DNA from: Camelus dromedarius
Taxonomy: Eukaryota
Reading direction: 5' to 3'
Assembly: GCF_036321535.1 (NCBI RefSeq)
Contig: NC_087436.1
Location: 62,498,001 to 62,562,000, forward strand
DNA: 64,000 bases
The notes under the pieces were generated by a model. The model was not told the origin of the DNA. It worked only from the letters and a program-made list of their open reading frames with translations, and ran no database searches. Below, one piece after another: positions 13,790-25,760 of this stretch (position 1 is the stretch's first letter; the number at the start of each line of letters is the position of its first letter). The position numbers and the translations under genes were made by a program.

Positions 13790-14004
13790 GGGAAAGAGTC
13801 AGAAGAAAAATCTGAAGGCAGTCTGGTAGAAAATCTCTCTTGCTCAGAGGAGGCTTGTCTTTTTGTTATAGTCAGGCTTTCACTCGATTGGGTGAGGCCC
13901 ACTCACCTTATGGTGGGCAGTCTGCTTTACACAGAGTTCACCATTTAAATGCTAATCTCATCCAAAAATGCCTTCTAAGTTAACACATGAAATTAACCAT
14001 CACA
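13790..14004 (-). mobile_element. ERVL LTR fragment, MLT2-like
   Basis: GATTGGGTGAGGCCCACTCAC...TAATCTCATCCAAAAA...AAGTTAACACATGAAATTAACCATCACA (MLT2 terminus). Confidence 0.85.
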
Positions 14005-14799
14005 AAGAGTATTTCCTCAATAGGAAGCTAAACATCCAGAGGTGAATATTATGCTTTATAATTTCCACCTTGTTTTTTAAAAATAATTTAATAAGTATTT
14101 ACTAAATGTCTACTGAGTGTCATGCCATCTTCCAGACTTTAATGATGCAGTGGTGAAACTGATAGACTAGCCCATGACCCTCATGCCTTTTATGTTGCCA
14201 TCATCGCTAATGATTTAACTCTGTGGCTATGACTTTTGAGTGACTTGGGTAGTTTAAAGCAAAAGGCCTCTTTTCCCAACATACACATAAGACTTTCTTC
14301 CTCATGGGCAGATTCTTTCTTTGACATCCTGAATAGCATAAACCCACTGGCTATTGGTGGCAGATAGACACATTTAACAATGGATAGTGAAACATACATG
14401 TCTGAACACCTACTCTGGGAGGAAGCTGAACTAAATATTTTAAGAAAGCTTAAATATTTTATGTTGAAATCATGTTTACCAAAGGACTTTACAGGGAGAT
14501 ATAATTTTTTTAAAGTGCTACCTATAGTATATTATGTCTGCCAGTATTGAAAACAGCTTTAAGAGGAAATATTACATGTGAACATATATTGTATTTTGTA
14601 ACATATGTTTGCTCCAAATGGAAAACAAAGCAAAAAAGTTCAGTCTGATTGTTTTGTGGGATTTGGGACCATTAAATTATTCAATATTAATAAACTTTAT
14701 ATGAGGTTAGTAATTAATCCTGGAAAATAATTTAAATGAATGAATGGATGAATGAATAAATAAATCCAAGTATCCTTGGCTTATGAAATATATGCCCTC

Positions 14800-15273
14800 T
14801 GCATTAGTTTCCTAAAGCTGCTGTAACAAATTATCACAAACTTGATGGCTTAAAATAACAGAAACTATTCTTTCACATTTCTGGTGTCCAGAAATCCCGA
14901 ATCAATAACACTTGAGCTAAAATCAAAGTGTCAACAGAGTCATACTCCCAGAGGCTCTAGGGGGAATCCATTCCTTGCCTTTTTTGTATTCTGTTGGTTG
15001 CTGGGATTCCTTGGATTGTGGGCACATTACTCCAATCTTCAAAGCCATTGTCTTCAAATATTTCTTTGTTCCACTTTCCTACTGATTTCTTCTCTGTTTG
15101 TCTGTGTAAAATCACAGTCTTCCTTTATAAGACTACTTGTGATTGCATTTAGAGCCCACCTGGATAATCCAGGATAATAGTCTCTCTCAATAGCATTAAT
15201 TTAATTACATTAGAGAAGATGTTTCTCCCTCATAACACTTACAGGTTCTGGGTCTTTTAGTCAGCTTACTACA
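14800..15273 (-). mobile_element. MaLR solo LTR, MLT1C-like
   Basis: TGCATTAGTTTCC...CTTACTACA termini with perfect 5-bp TSD CCCTC (14795-14799, 15274-15278). Confidence 0.92.
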
Positions 15274-17175
15274 CCCTCCTTTGCAATGCTTAATTCATTT
15301 TCATTTCATAAGGTCGGTCAAGATAAATTAGCTTATGGAACTGTAAAAAACAATTCCAAAATATTGGTGTCTTAGAACAACAAATGTTTATTTTTCTTTC
15401 ATGATACATATCCATCAGTGTCCTTACACAGGGACTCGGGCTGACTGAGCCTTTACTCTTGGCACATAAAGGAAGGGACTGTGAGAATTGTGCACCACAA
15501 ACTTTAAAAAACTCCAGCTGGAAGCTCACATTTCACTGACCACTTGCAACCTTTAGAGATCCTATTGTGTGCCTACAAAGTGGAGAGCCAGAAATGTTGG
15601 TGAATAACTCTGACTATCACAATGAAGTTGGGTGTTTCAGGTCAAAACCCCAATATGACATAGAGAAAGTTGATTTGGGGCAAAAGTTAAGAATGGACTG
15701 AACTATTTAGAATGACATGTTTTACTACCAGCATCAAGATTTTAACTTGGAGATTCTGCTTTAAGATTTTGTATAGAAATTTATAAAATACCTCATTACT
15801 TTTAATATATTATCTATTGAATAATAGGCTACCTTAAAATATATCAGATGCTACTAAGAAAACCTAGACTATTTTCTTGTAAGTAGTATTGATTCAGATT
15901 GTGAATTAAAATGGAACTAGACACTGCTATGTGGATGTGCCTAAACACATTTCCTTGGGGTGATGGAGGAACAGGTAATATTGTCTCATACAAAAGTAGG
16001 GATAACAAACACATTGTAAAGACTTTGATGTTTGTCTTTTGAGTTGCTTTTTCAGCAGGAAGAGGATAGAGAATATAGTTATTTTATGTAGGGTCAAACA
16101 AAGGGCAGTGGCCAATGAAAACGAAGATGAATTATTGAAGTGTTCAGAAGCTAAGAAGAACTTGAAATCAGTTTTAGATATTTGCAGTAAGGCCAAGTTC
16201 CTAAGGGGAAGCTTGAAATGCTGCTTTCGAGTGGATAGCACTTGCCAAGAATGTATCTTCAGCATTGGGCAGAGAGACACACGCTTATTTGATCATCTTG
16301 ACAGAGTGGTTGTAGGAAATAAATGTTTTTCATATAAAGGAACATGGTGACATGATTTATATGAAAGTGTGCTGTAAACCAAAAACATCATACAAATGTG
16401 GATTACTCTATCACTAAATTTTTATGTGTTAATGCATTGGAGTGTCTCAGAATTTATAGCTCAAATACGTAGAACGGATATACTTTTTATTCATGATTTG
16501 ATATTATCTTAAATTTCCCCAACATTGGAACCCTGAATTACGATGTAGAGCAGCAAATTGCAGAGAAATGAAATTAAGAGGCTCTCTCAAAATCATCAGC
16601 CAAGACAAACATGTTTAAAGTAGGTAGAATGAAGTAAGTAAAAGAATTGGTGACCTCTGGGGAGTTCAGAAGAGAAAAGGTAGCCAAGAAGTGAATAGAT
16701 GAAGGTAATGGAGTAGGATAAAAATCATCATAAAATTTTAGAAGCTAAAAAAAGAGTAACAACATTATGTATCATCCAAAGAATACACTTGAGGTTGAAA
16801 AAGGTAATTTTAATAAAACCCTAAGCATAACAGAAACAGACTGGGACTCACCAAGCACACCAAGTTTTATCTTTACCCTCTTTTAATGTTTACATGACTT
16901 TAGATTTCATCTACCTCAGGAAATTTGTAACTTAAAGTTCCCGTCAATAAATAGTTACTTTAAAAATGAATATTTTCTGACAAAACAAAATTTATACTTT
17001 TTGCCTTTTAATCTCATTAGATCACTTAATTAAGAAAATATATTAAAAAGTGATGATTAGAACATTAAAATACATTATTTCTTTATTCTTTTAAAATTTC
17101 CCTAATAAACAAGTGTTTAAACTATTTAGAATTTATCAAATCAACAAACATGCAGTTACTACCTACTGTTCCTTT

Positions 17176-17420
17176 AAAAATAAGTCATGGGAATGTAATG
17201 TACAGCATGGTGGCTATAGTTAAGAATGCTGTATTGCATATTTGAAAGTTGCTAAGAGAGTAGATCTTTAAAGTCCTCATCATAGGAAAAAAAACTGTAA
17301 CTAATTATGGGGATGAATGTTAAGTAGACTTTTATTGTGATTATTTCACAAAATATACAAATATAGAATCATTATGTTGTACATCTGAAAATAACAAAAT
17401 GTCAATTATACTTCAAATAA
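17176..17420 (+). mobile_element. L1 3' end, L1MA9-like
   Basis: GTCATGGGAATGTAATGTACAGCATGGTG...GAAAGTTGCTAAGAGAGTAGATCTT...TGTTGTACATCTGAAA...GTCAATTATACTTCAA. Confidence 0.88.
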
Positions 17421-18216
17421 GTATTGATTGATATATTACTTTATACACACGTATATACCTTATACATATATACACACACACATACATACATACATACAAT
17501 CCTACAGGACACTTAAACACAAACATGCATTTCACTGTGTTATCTAGTTAGATTGTTTAAAACTACTTTCTGAGCATAATGAGGACAAGTACCATGTCAT
17601 TATCACGGTGAAGACCAAATCTTGTAGTAAGTAGCAGGGGTGGTTAGGAGTTGGGGGATCACTTGATTTAACATATCACAGACTAGTCCGCAAGGGGAGT
17701 GTGTTTGTCTGGTGTTGTGGGTATGATGTACCTGATAAGGTTTCAAACTGTGTGTTTATTTCATTGCCCTTCTCATCCCAGCACCTTTGCGTTGACCTTG
17801 TTCATTTCATCAAGCACTATACCTAGAACAGATTAAAGTGTTCTTCTCCAGTCTTCTCCACAACTCCACAAACTATCTAGTGGTTCTGTTTGAAACTATG
17901 ATTGCCTGAGGTGTCAAATTGAAATCCTGTGTCATGTCCAGATGTTGCTCAGTGTTTGAAATGAGCTGGTCAGTGGTCACAAGAGGAAGGAAAGGTCCTT
18001 ACCATTTTTCCAAAGAGCAAATTAGATAGTCAACTGGAACATTCACATGGTATATTCGATGGAAGAGTTATATGGCTGGTGGATAAGGATTCCTGTCTTA
18101 CACAGCTTAAGGTCAAATGCACTGTGCTTTCCAGTGTGTTCTCTTGAACCACTTACTTAGAACCTCCCCACTTTCTGCAGTAAATCCCCTTAAAAAGATC
18201 TACTCAATTCGGCCCT

Positions 18217-18271
18217 TGGCATCCAGTAACTCCTTGCACTGGCATCCAGTAACTCCTTGCATTGGCATCCA
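18217..18271. repeat. Tandem duplication, 23-bp unit x ~2.4
   Basis: TGGCATCCAGTAACTCCTTGCAC / TGGCATCCAGTAACTCCTTGCAT / TGGCATCCA. Confidence 0.95.
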
Positions 18272-18679
18272 CTCAGTTCCCCAAATGCCCATTGATTATA
18301 GTATATTCTTTTTGTTTATCAGTATAATTTTTCTTCTCACAGGAAATACTTGTGATGCATTTTAAAAGTAGGGAAAAAAAGAAAAGCATAAAAAGTCCAA
18401 ATTACATTCATACACACACATACTCACACATAGAGAAACACATACACAGACTAACACCAAAAAAATTAAAATAATTTCCATTACAATGAATTCCAGTCTA
18501 CTGTAGTGTTAAAATATTGCCTTACCATAAGTAAGTCAGTGTGTTTTCTAATAGGCTTTAACATGCACTACAAATCTTCCTACTGTGCACACACTCTCGT
18601 ATGTATGTGTGTGTGTGTGTGTTTGTGTGTGTAATTGCATATCAGTATGCTCGTACCACAGAGTTTCCTGTCTCTATAG

Positions 18680-19124
18680 TCTTGCTGATTTTCTATTAAT
18701 TCTATGACAAATAGTGTAAAACAACAAAAATTTATTTGTCTTTAGTTCTGTAGGTTAGAAGTTCAACACTGGTCTCAACTGGGTTGAAATTAAGGTCTTG
18801 GCAAGGTGGCATTTCTCTCTGAGAACTCTAAGGGAGTGTCTACTTTCTTGCCTTTTCCAGTTTCTAGAGGTTTCCACATCCCTTGACTTGTGGCCTTCTT
18901 CCTTTATCTTCAAAGCCAGCAAGGTTACATCCCTTTTACTATTCTTCCATAGTTAGAACTCTTTCTCAACACAACCAGGGCTCACCCAAGTAATACAAGG
19001 TAATCTTTCCATCTCAATGTCCTTAACTTTACTCACATCTGCTAAGTCCCTTTTGACATGTAAGGTAACATATTCTCATTTTCCAGGAATTAGGACATAG
19101 ACATCTTATTCTTTTTATCTTACT
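18680..19124 (-). mobile_element. MaLR LTR, MLT1D-like (copy 2 of local duplication)
   Basis: Collinear with 11842-12365 but with internal deletions. Confidence 0.88.
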
Positions 19125-19460
19125 GATTTTCCAGTTCTTTTCATTCCAGAGCTCAGACTGCATAGGCAGGCCACTTTGGCCACTGTCTAGGAATCTGTAA
19201 CCATTATCTCCATAGGCCGCCTGTTCTCCACCCAGTGTGGATGACGAGGTACACTGCTGTAGTTATGTCCATTGGGAAGATTTTTCATCTTTTGCATCTT
19301 TCAAGACCACCCTTGTATGTGCCTATAATGTAGCTGTCATTCATTTTTTGTTACCACCCTGTGAATCTATCTATAAACCAACCTCAGATTATTTTTTTCC
19401 AACCTTTAGCTGGTCATAAGGGCCCATCCTCACAATATGGCCACAAGCACAGTGTAGGTA
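19125..19460 (-). mobile_element. ERVL/MaLR internal remnant: RNase H region of pol
   Basis: Minus-strand translation gives GPYDQL and VVLKDAKDEKSSQWT* (ERVL pol GVPYDQL...LKDSGEGKSSQWAEL), heavily decayed. Confidence 0.8.
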
Positions 19461-21744
19461 CCTGATCATGCAGCTTACTCTTAAATTCTCATCCTGCTTC
19501 GGGTCAAAGCAGGACAAATAATTTCATCTTAAAATGACCAGCTGCTAGACTCATCTGAATTTTCGCATTTAGTGCTTACACCAGAACACGACTCTTAATC
19601 GTTCAGACTCCTTTGGACTATATTGTGACAGAGAGTGAAGAGTTAATATAAATTTGAGGCAAAACTGTAAATGAATATTGTTTATCTAACATCAGTGAAA
19701 ACTATTTTGCATCTTTTTAATCTAATTGGAGTAGGAAAAAATAGCATTTACCAAGTCAGTGATCATATTAAATGTACATGAGACTTTAATATAGTTCTCA
19801 GAAATATGATCAACACAGCAGCTGTGATTGGGACTACTGCGTGGCTCAGCCTGCTGTAGTCCACAGACATGTCTAGTAATCATCCGATTTCTGCAGGAAT
19901 CAGACTGGCAAATGAACTGGAGATATGATAGAAACAACTAGTCATGCATTTGTTAGGTCTTTATTGATGGCACTAAACTATTTTTTTTCTATTTCAAATT
20001 AAAAAATCTTGATTGTTTTAGATGACATAATCTATTTTTATCTTATCTCGTAGTCTGAGGATTCAATGTAGAAGTTACTCTAATGCTAAATATATACATT
20101 CCCCTTTACCCAAGACTGCGAGAATCATTAGAGTATATACTTCTTATGGTGTTGGAAAATATTTCCTCACCATAGTGTAGCCACTCCTTCAGTCGATTCC
20201 AGATCTAAAATCTGGCTGACATTTTGGACTGAGCAAGACATTTTAGCTTTGAGTTCCAGTAAATGAATGCTTTCAGCCTCCTGCTGGTTTGTGTACAAAT
20301 GGCTAGACTCTAAATTTAATAGAGCTATTTTCCATGGACCAACATTGAGAATCTATGGAAAAGTTCCTCACTGACTAGAAATACTATGGGTAGAGAAATA
20401 TATGAGGTGATTTACTTCCTTCTTATTGGGGTAGAAGCCAGTCATTTTCTTTGAATGGAAGCCAATCTGCTCAACTTGTCTGTGTAACCAGTGTCTTTGT
20501 TTATATGATAACTATTAAATTGCATAATTCAAACTTTTCTGTAGTAACATAGTAGGGTGGTGAAGAGTGTGGTGTGAAAAGAAGATCACAGATAGATCAT
20601 TGTTTCTGTAGTCTACATTAATAGGAACATTGCATTAATTAATAGGAACTACATTAATTAATAGGAAGGAAGTAGAAATTATAGATGTCAGAGTATGTCT
20701 TTAGGAAAGTGACAGAAGGGTAAAAGTTTGAAATCTAGGACACACTGAGCACTGATGAAAGGGCATTGAGCACTTTTCATGAAAAAGATAAGGTTTAGAA
20801 AGTATATGACAGTCATCTCCCACTGTCTGCAAGTTTGCCATGTGCAACATTTGCACAGGGATTTTCAGCTTACTTTGAAGTGATCCACAAGAATTTGCAG
20901 ATTACTGAATATCTATATTGCAGTAGAATTATAACAAAAAAGACTTGCAGGTGCTTCTACAACTCTTCAGTTACAAAAATTAACACTTATGAAATTAAAT
21001 TCAAATTTATGAAAAGCCTTAAGATCTTTGGAGAAAAGCCATGGCATAAATGCCAGGAAATTAACATGTGTAAATATGTATATGTTTTAGTAAAATATGA
21101 AACTATTATAATAATTTGTTTTCATATTTAGTTTCATTCAAGAATCACAAATTTCTTCATAAATTAATGAATTCAATTGCTTTCCATATGTGAATAAAAT
21201 GCAAGTCTGGGTTCAAGTAATTCACTTTAAGTGTTGTGGAAAAAAGATTACTGTCTTGATTCAAAGTATATCTGAACCTCCCAGTTTAAGTCACATGCTA
21301 CATCAAGTCCATTTGTAGAATTATGTAAACTAATAACTAAATAATATTTGTTAGTAGTAATATAATTTACATTTACATTGTAACCTACAAAGTATATTAT
21401 TATGTAAAAGCTTATCTGTAAAACTAAAAGGGCATGTATTATTATATATAATAATAGGAAAAGGAGGCAAAGAAATAGTAGGTGAGTTTCCGAAAGTTCC
21501 CTGGCTGGTAAGTAATGGGACCAGGCATAGGAAGACCTTCTCCCTTCTCGTGCAGAGCTCTTTTCACAATTTTACCATTTGCATAACTCAATTTATGTGG
21601 TATTCTAAAAGATGGATTTTTGTCATCATATCTCCCATAGCTGTCTATAAATAATTGGAAATCAATTAATATTTGTTTAATTGAATAGTGTAAAAATGAG
21701 ACACATAATTAGAAACATGTCTTTTTTCCAATAAAGTTGTGTGA

Positions 21745-21947
21745 AGTAGCCCCGAAGTCAGATTGTTCCTCCCCTTATTAAATGTGTGAACTTAGGAATG
21801 TTTCCTAAACTCTCTAGATCTCAGTTTTCTTCTCATCTGTAAACTGGAAGTAATAATAGCACCTATTTCATGGAGTTGCCATGTGAATTAATCAAATTAA
21901 TATATGTAAAGTGCCTTAAACACTGCTTCACACAAATAAAATCTCAG

Positions 21948-21948
<1 letters not shown>
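21745..21948 (+). mobile_element. MIR SINE
   Basis: TGTGTGAACTTAGG...CTCAGTTTTCTTCTCATCTGTAAACTGGAAGTAATAATAGCACCTA...ATATATGTAAAGTGC (MIR core). Confidence 0.85.

Positions 21949-21978
<30 letters not shown>
21949..21978. repeat. (GAT)10 microsatellite at MIR tail
   Basis: Ten perfect GAT units. Confidence 0.95.
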
Positions 21979-21979
<1 letters not shown>

Positions 21980-23297
21980 ATTAAGTATTTTCACAACAGA
22001 AACATAGCTCTTGGCTTCTTTCAAGAAAATTAAGCTTCCTGACTCCTCTGGTGGTCACTTAAATCATATGTAATTTTAGAGGTACAAACTTGTTTATAGA
22101 AGCCATTGAAATTTACATATAAGGATGATAAGACCCAGGAAAGTTACAGGCCTTCCCAAGGATAATAGCCTTTGATGATGATATGTGGTCTAGTAACAAT
22201 TTATTCTCATTAAGTGTTATTTGGAATTCATTTTACTTGGATTAAAATAATATAGAAGTTTTTGCATTTATACATCTTTGTGAAAGTAATTACATTTTAA
22301 AATATTTTGCTTCATAAAATTGTGAGATTTTATCTCTTTAAAATTTTTCCAGATAATTTTGTATAAATGAGATGCAGTCGTACTTTTCAGTTTCAAATAT
22401 AATCATAAGTGATTATCATAAATCAGTAAATACTGATGGTATAATTCATGGGAAGAATGTGTATAATGTTTAATTCAGATATTCTTATCATTTTAGCCAA
22501 TCTCTATTAATATTATAAGCACTCTTAAAAACATGAATACTCTCTGAAGTATTAGAAAACTTAGAATTGCGCATGATCTAAGAACCTTGGAAGAAAAAAA
22601 ACATTATTGTATATACTATCAATTTAATAATAATTGAAGAGAGTTTCAGAGATTTCAGTATGTCTTTTTTTTAACTGATTCCTCAATTTACATGAAACTT
22701 GATTTGGTTAATAAGGGTATAAAAATGATTTTATGACCCAATAGTGGTAATGTGAATAATGGTGAATTGAATATTTGAATTTAGTTTTAAATCTGTATTA
22801 TGGGCACTTTATGTGAATATAGGAAACTATTAGATTTATCTTTGAAATGAAATGAGCATAGAAGTATGGAATTACACAAATAAATGTATGTATTATCCAT
22901 TTTAAAAATTGCATTACTCTTTATAATATGCTTAAATGGCTAAAATATAGTATCTTTTTTCAGACTTCCATACATTTATACAGTTTAAAAGATTTTTTCA
23001 AATTCCTTTCAAATGAACCATGTAAATTAATTAAATTAACTAATAAACAAAAGTTTACTTCTCTGACACATAGAATAATTTGCTTTGTGCATTCTTAAAA
23101 ATATACAGCATGCAAGAATTCTTCATCCTAACAGATAGCTCTAAAAAAGTAAATGCTTAAAATTATGACTTTATGTTACTCAACAATGGGGAGATTTCAG
23201 TTCAGATACAAGAGCCATCCCATTGACTTATATGTCAGATATCAATGTCTGCTTGCCAGTGAAAATAATTTTATCTAGTTAGATTTGCTTATCTTTT

Positions 23298-25760
23298 TAA
23301 AAATTTTAAATTTGTCATTTTTTGTTGAAATATAGTCAATTTACATTGTTTTAATTTCTGGTGTAGAGCATAGTGATGATATATATATAATATATATACT
23401 TTTCATATACTTTTTCATTTTTGGCCATTATAAGGTATTGAATAGTGTTTGCTGTGCTATACAGTAGGACTTTGTTGTTTATCTATTTAATATTTAGTAG
23501 TTAGTATCTGCAAAACTTAAACTCCCAATTTATCCTTCCCAGCCCTGTTGCCCCCCAGTAATCATAAGTTTCTTTTCTATGTCTGTGAGTCTCTCTCTGT
23601 TTTATAAATAAGTTCATCCATGTCCTTTTTCCCCCCTCAAGATTCCACATGTAAGTAATATCATACAGTATTCTTCTTTCTCCTTCTGGCTTACTTCACT
23701 TAGTATGACAATCTCCAGGTCCATCCATGTTGTTGCAAATGGCATTATTTTATTCTCTTTTATGGCTGAATGGTATTCCATTGTATATATATACCACAAC
23801 TTCTTTATCTGGTCATCTGTCTGTGGACATTTAGGTTACTTCCATGTCTTGGCTGTTGTGAATAGCACTGCTATGAACATTGGGGTGCATGTATCTGTTC
23901 AAATTAGAGTTTCCTCTGGGAATATGCCCAGGAGTGGGATTGCTAGATCACAGGGTAATTCTATTTTTAGTTTTTAAGGAATCTCCATGCTGTTTTCCAT
24001 AATGACTGCACATTCCCACCAACAGTGTAGGAGGGTTCCCTTTTCTACACATCCCCCTCCAGCTTTTATCACTGTGGACTTTTTAATAATAGCCATTCTG
24101 ACCAGTGTGAGGTAATACCTCATTGTAATTTTGATTTGCATTTCTCTGATAATTAGTGATATTGAGCATTTTTTCATGTGCCTGTTGGCCATTTGTATGT
24201 CTTCATTGGAGAAATGTTTCTTTAGGTTTTATGCTCATTTTTGGATTGGGTTTTTGGATTTTTTTGTTACTGAGTAGTATGAGCTGTTTGTATATTCTGG
24301 AAATTAAGCCCTTGTCAGTCACATCATTTGCATACACTATGATCAAGTTGCATTCATCCCAGAGATACAAGGATGTTTAACATACGCAAGTCAATCAATC
24401 ACATCAACAAGAGAAAGGACAAAAATCATATGATCATCTCAACAGAAAAAGCATTTGACCAAATCCAACACCCATTTATGATAAAAACTCTTACCAAAGT
24501 GGCTATAGAGGGAACATATCTCACATAATAAAAGGTCTTTATGACAAATCCACCACCAGCATATAATACTCAACAGTCAACAACTGAAAGCCTTCCAGCT
24601 AATCCGGAACAAGACAAGGATGCCCACTCTCACCACTTCTGTTCAACATAGTATCAGAAGTCCTGACCACAGAAATCAGACAAGAAAAAGGGATCCAATG
24701 GGAAGAGAAGAGGTAAAATTGTCACTATATGCAGATGCCATGATTCTATATATCAAAAACCCTGAAGGCTCCAGAGAAAAACTGCTAGAGCTGATAAAAA
24801 GAATTTGGCAAGGTAGCAGGATACAAGATTAACATATAGAGATTGGTTACATTTATTTACACTAATAATGAAATATCAGAAAAGGAAAGTAAAGAAATAA
24901 TCACTTTTAAAATTGCACCAAAAAATAAAATACTTAGGAATAACCTGACCAAGGAGGTGAAAGTCTTATACATGGAGAACTATAAAACATTGGTTAGGAA
25001 AATTAAAAAATGATTTAAAGAAATGGAAAGATATCCCATGCTCTTGAAGTGGAAGAATTAATATTGTTAACATGGCCATACTGCCCAAAGCAATCTGCAG
25101 ATGTAATGCAACCCCTATCAAATTACGCAGGACATTTTTCACAGAACTAGAACGAGTAATCCTATAATGTATATGGAATCACAAAAGACCCAGAATTGCC
25201 AAAAATAAATAAATAAATAAATAAATACTGAAGATAAAGAAAGAAGCTGGAAGAATAACTCTTCCAGACTTCAGACAGTATTACAGAACTACAGTAATCA
25301 AAACATCATGGTATTGGCACAAAAACAGACATATGGACCAATGGAACAGAATAGAGAGCCCAGAAATAAACCCACTCACCTGCGGTCAATTAATCTTCAA
25401 GAAAGGAGGCAAGAACATACAATGGAGAAAAGACAGTCTCTTTGGCAATTAGTGTTGGGAAAGCTGGACATCTGCATGTACATCAGTGAAATTAGGACAT
25501 TTCCGCACATTATACACATATATGAACTCAATAATGGTTTAAAGATGTGAACATAAGGCACAGTAAACCTCCTAGAAGAGAACATAAGCAAAACTTTCTC
25601 TGATATAAATTGTAGCAGCGTTCTCCTAGGGCAATCTACCGAGGCAATAGAAATAAAAGCAGAACTAAATAAATTGGACCTAATTAAACTTACAAGCTTT
25701 TTAGACAGTAAAGGAAACCATGAATTAAATGAAAAGATAATCTGTGGAATAGGAAAAAGG
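23298..25760 (-). mobile_element. 5'-truncated, 5'-inverted L1 (~2.46 kb), cetartiodactyl/camelid type
   Basis: 23298-24332 is the ORF2 C-terminus plus 3' UTR on minus (ORFs [10 protein letters not shown]..., MWYIYTMEYHSAIK...). 24331-25760 is ORF2 RT region on plus. TSD TTTGCTTATCTTTT (23284-23297)/TTTGCTCGTCTTTT (25761-25774). Confidence 0.95.

Noticed and set aside
15927..16350. Overlapping 117-aa and 103-aa ORFs
   Set aside because: No recognisable domain or convincing splice context. Chance ORFs of this length are expected.
11842..19124. Two MLT1D LTRs as the 5' and 3' LTRs of one provirus
   Set aside because: Both share the same unique flank on the same side and the interval holds unrelated repeats. 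A duplication explains it better.
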